Shown in pieces: positions 63,140-64,000 of a DNA stretch of 64,000 nucleotides. The first letter of the stretch is position 1, and each line of letters opens with the position of its first letter. Location: positions 12,140 to 76,139 of the forward strand of contig JAGPDF010000004.1 in NCBI GenBank assembly GCA_018057705.1, read 5' to 3'. The position numbers and the translations under genes are program-made. Under the pieces are notes generated by a model. It made no database searches and was not told where the DNA came from. It saw only the letters and a program-made list of their open reading frames with translations. This stretch comes from Thermoanaerobaculia bacterium (GTDB taxonomy: Bacteria > Acidobacteriota > Thermoanaerobaculia > Multivoradales > JAGPDF01).

Positions 63140-64000
63140 GCGTCCGCCCGATCCAGTTCATGAGCTCGCAGAGCTCGTCGTAGTCGGGGTGGCGCAATCG
63201 GAACCAGGCGTTCGCCAGGTAGCCCTTCTCGATCGCCACGGTCTCCCGTCCCGCCGCCGGAACCTCCTTGGCAAAGACCCAGGGCCGGATACGTTTCAGC
63301 ACCTCATCGAGGTTCTCGTAGCCCGAGATCCGCCCGTCCCGCTCCGGCCGCACCTGCACCGAGCCGGTCGCCATGCGGCGGCTCGGCACGGCGTCGACGC
63401 GACCCCAGACGACGGCCTTCGCCCACGCGGCATAGAGGTCCAGGTCGTTGCCGACACAATAGAGGTCCCAGATCCGTTCTCCCGGCGGGCGCGCCCCGAT
63501 CTCGGAGATCTTGAGCCCCTTGGGACCGAAGAACCACTCCATGTGGGTGGCCGAGGTGCCGATACCCAGCGTCCGGATGACCTTTCGCCCGAGCTCGCGC
63601 AGCTCCTCGTAGCTCGCCACGTCGACACGGTTCGTGGCCGCGATCTGCGGCGCGATGGCGCGATTCGACAGCGCCTCGAGAACGCTCGGATAGTAGTGGG
63701 AGATGAACTCGAGGCGCGGCTCGCCAGCGATCGAAATCGTGTCGTAGAAACCCTCGTGCCCGGCGACGAACTCCTCCACCGCCGCCGCCTCGCCCTGATG
63801 CACGCCGAGAGAGCGCGCGGCGCGCTCGAGCTCCGCCACGCTGTCGACGCGGAAGGTCTTCTGCGATCCCAGCCCCGCGATCGGCTTGAGGATCAGCGGC
63901 AGGCCGTGGCGTTCGGCAAACTCGCGCAAGGCCGCGAGGGAAGTGACCGCAGCGGACTCCGCGCAAGGGATCTTCGCCTCGCGCAGCGCCTGCTTCATCG
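63120..64000 (-). CDS. ATP-grasp domain protein (N-terminus beyond the window end)
   Basis: The in-window part begins in the ATP-grasp central domain: 'AKIPCAESAAVTSLAALREFAERHGLPLILKPIAGLGSQKTFRV'. Partial at its 5' end; convergent 20-nt overlap with the AI-2E transporter. Confidence 0.6.
   Translation of the reverse strand, partial: MKQALREAKIPCAESAAVTSLAALREFAERHGLPLILKPIAGLGSQKTFRVDSVAELERAARSLGVHQGEAAAVEEFVAGHEGFYDTISIAGEPRLEFISHYYPSVLEALSNRAIAPQIAATNRVDVASYEELRELGRKVIRTLGIGTSATHMEWFFGPKGLKISEIGARPPGERIWDLYCVGNDLDLYAAWAKAVVWGRVDAVPSRRMATGSVQVRPERDGRISGYENLDEVLKRIRPWVFAKEVPAAGRETVAIEKGYLANAWFRLRHPDYDELCELMNWIGRTLKVRVR

Overview
This is a gene-dense, high-GC (roughly 70%) bacterial chromosomal segment. 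I found no rRNA, tRNA, CRISPR array, transposase or integrase. The 5' ~11.8 kb is housekeeping: a partial GAF-PAS sensor kinase with a sigma-54 (NtrC-type) response regulator, rpmE, prfA, a divergent lrp-eamA pair, prmC, murA, a HIT protein, an Slt-type lytic transglycosylase and ogt. The middle ~38 kb is three glycan/exopolysaccharide biosynthesis blocks. (1) 11.8-24.7 kb on the minus strand is a Wzx/Wzy-type locus: flippase, GT4, two GT-C membrane glycosyltransferases, an ExeA/GspA-like ATPase, a chain-length determinant with a degenerate kinase P-loop, a Wza exporter, the priming sugar transferase, a GT2 and a degenerate NTP-transferase. Almost all of these are chained by 4-nt start/stop overlaps. 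(2) 26.0-40.4 kb on the plus strand has GT4, GT4, a sugar-transferase-remnant::GT26 fusion, a STAS antagonist, a Wzy-like polymerase, a GT2, an uncharacterised Pol-beta-type nucleotidyltransferase, a REC-PP2C-GHKL three-domain protein, glgP and a large hybrid histidine kinase. (3) 41.1-50.1 kb on the minus strand has a secreted Gly/Tyr-rich PEGA-domain protein, three GT2s, a PIG-L deacetylase, a DPM1-like GT2, a tandem GNAT, a GT4 and an orphan Wzm permease. The 3' end carries an XRE regulator with a near-consensus promoter, a TPR protein, a secreted protein with a triplicated ARGHIVEL motif, a GHMP kinase, an M23 peptidase, an ECF sigma / zinc anti-sigma / SxxC thioredoxin-like module, hldA/hldC, a PilB-type ATPase with an MshEN-like N-terminus, an acyltransferase, a PduO-type adenosyltransferase, an AI-2E transporter and a partial ATP-grasp gene. 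The most interesting candidates are the partner-switching module (STAS plus REC-PP2C-kinase fusion) wired into the polysaccharide operon with an unknown nucleotidyltransferase, and the secreted GYYGGYR-repeat PEGA protein that is translationally coupled to glycosyltransferases. All calls rest on reading the translated ORFs for family motifs; no database search was possible.
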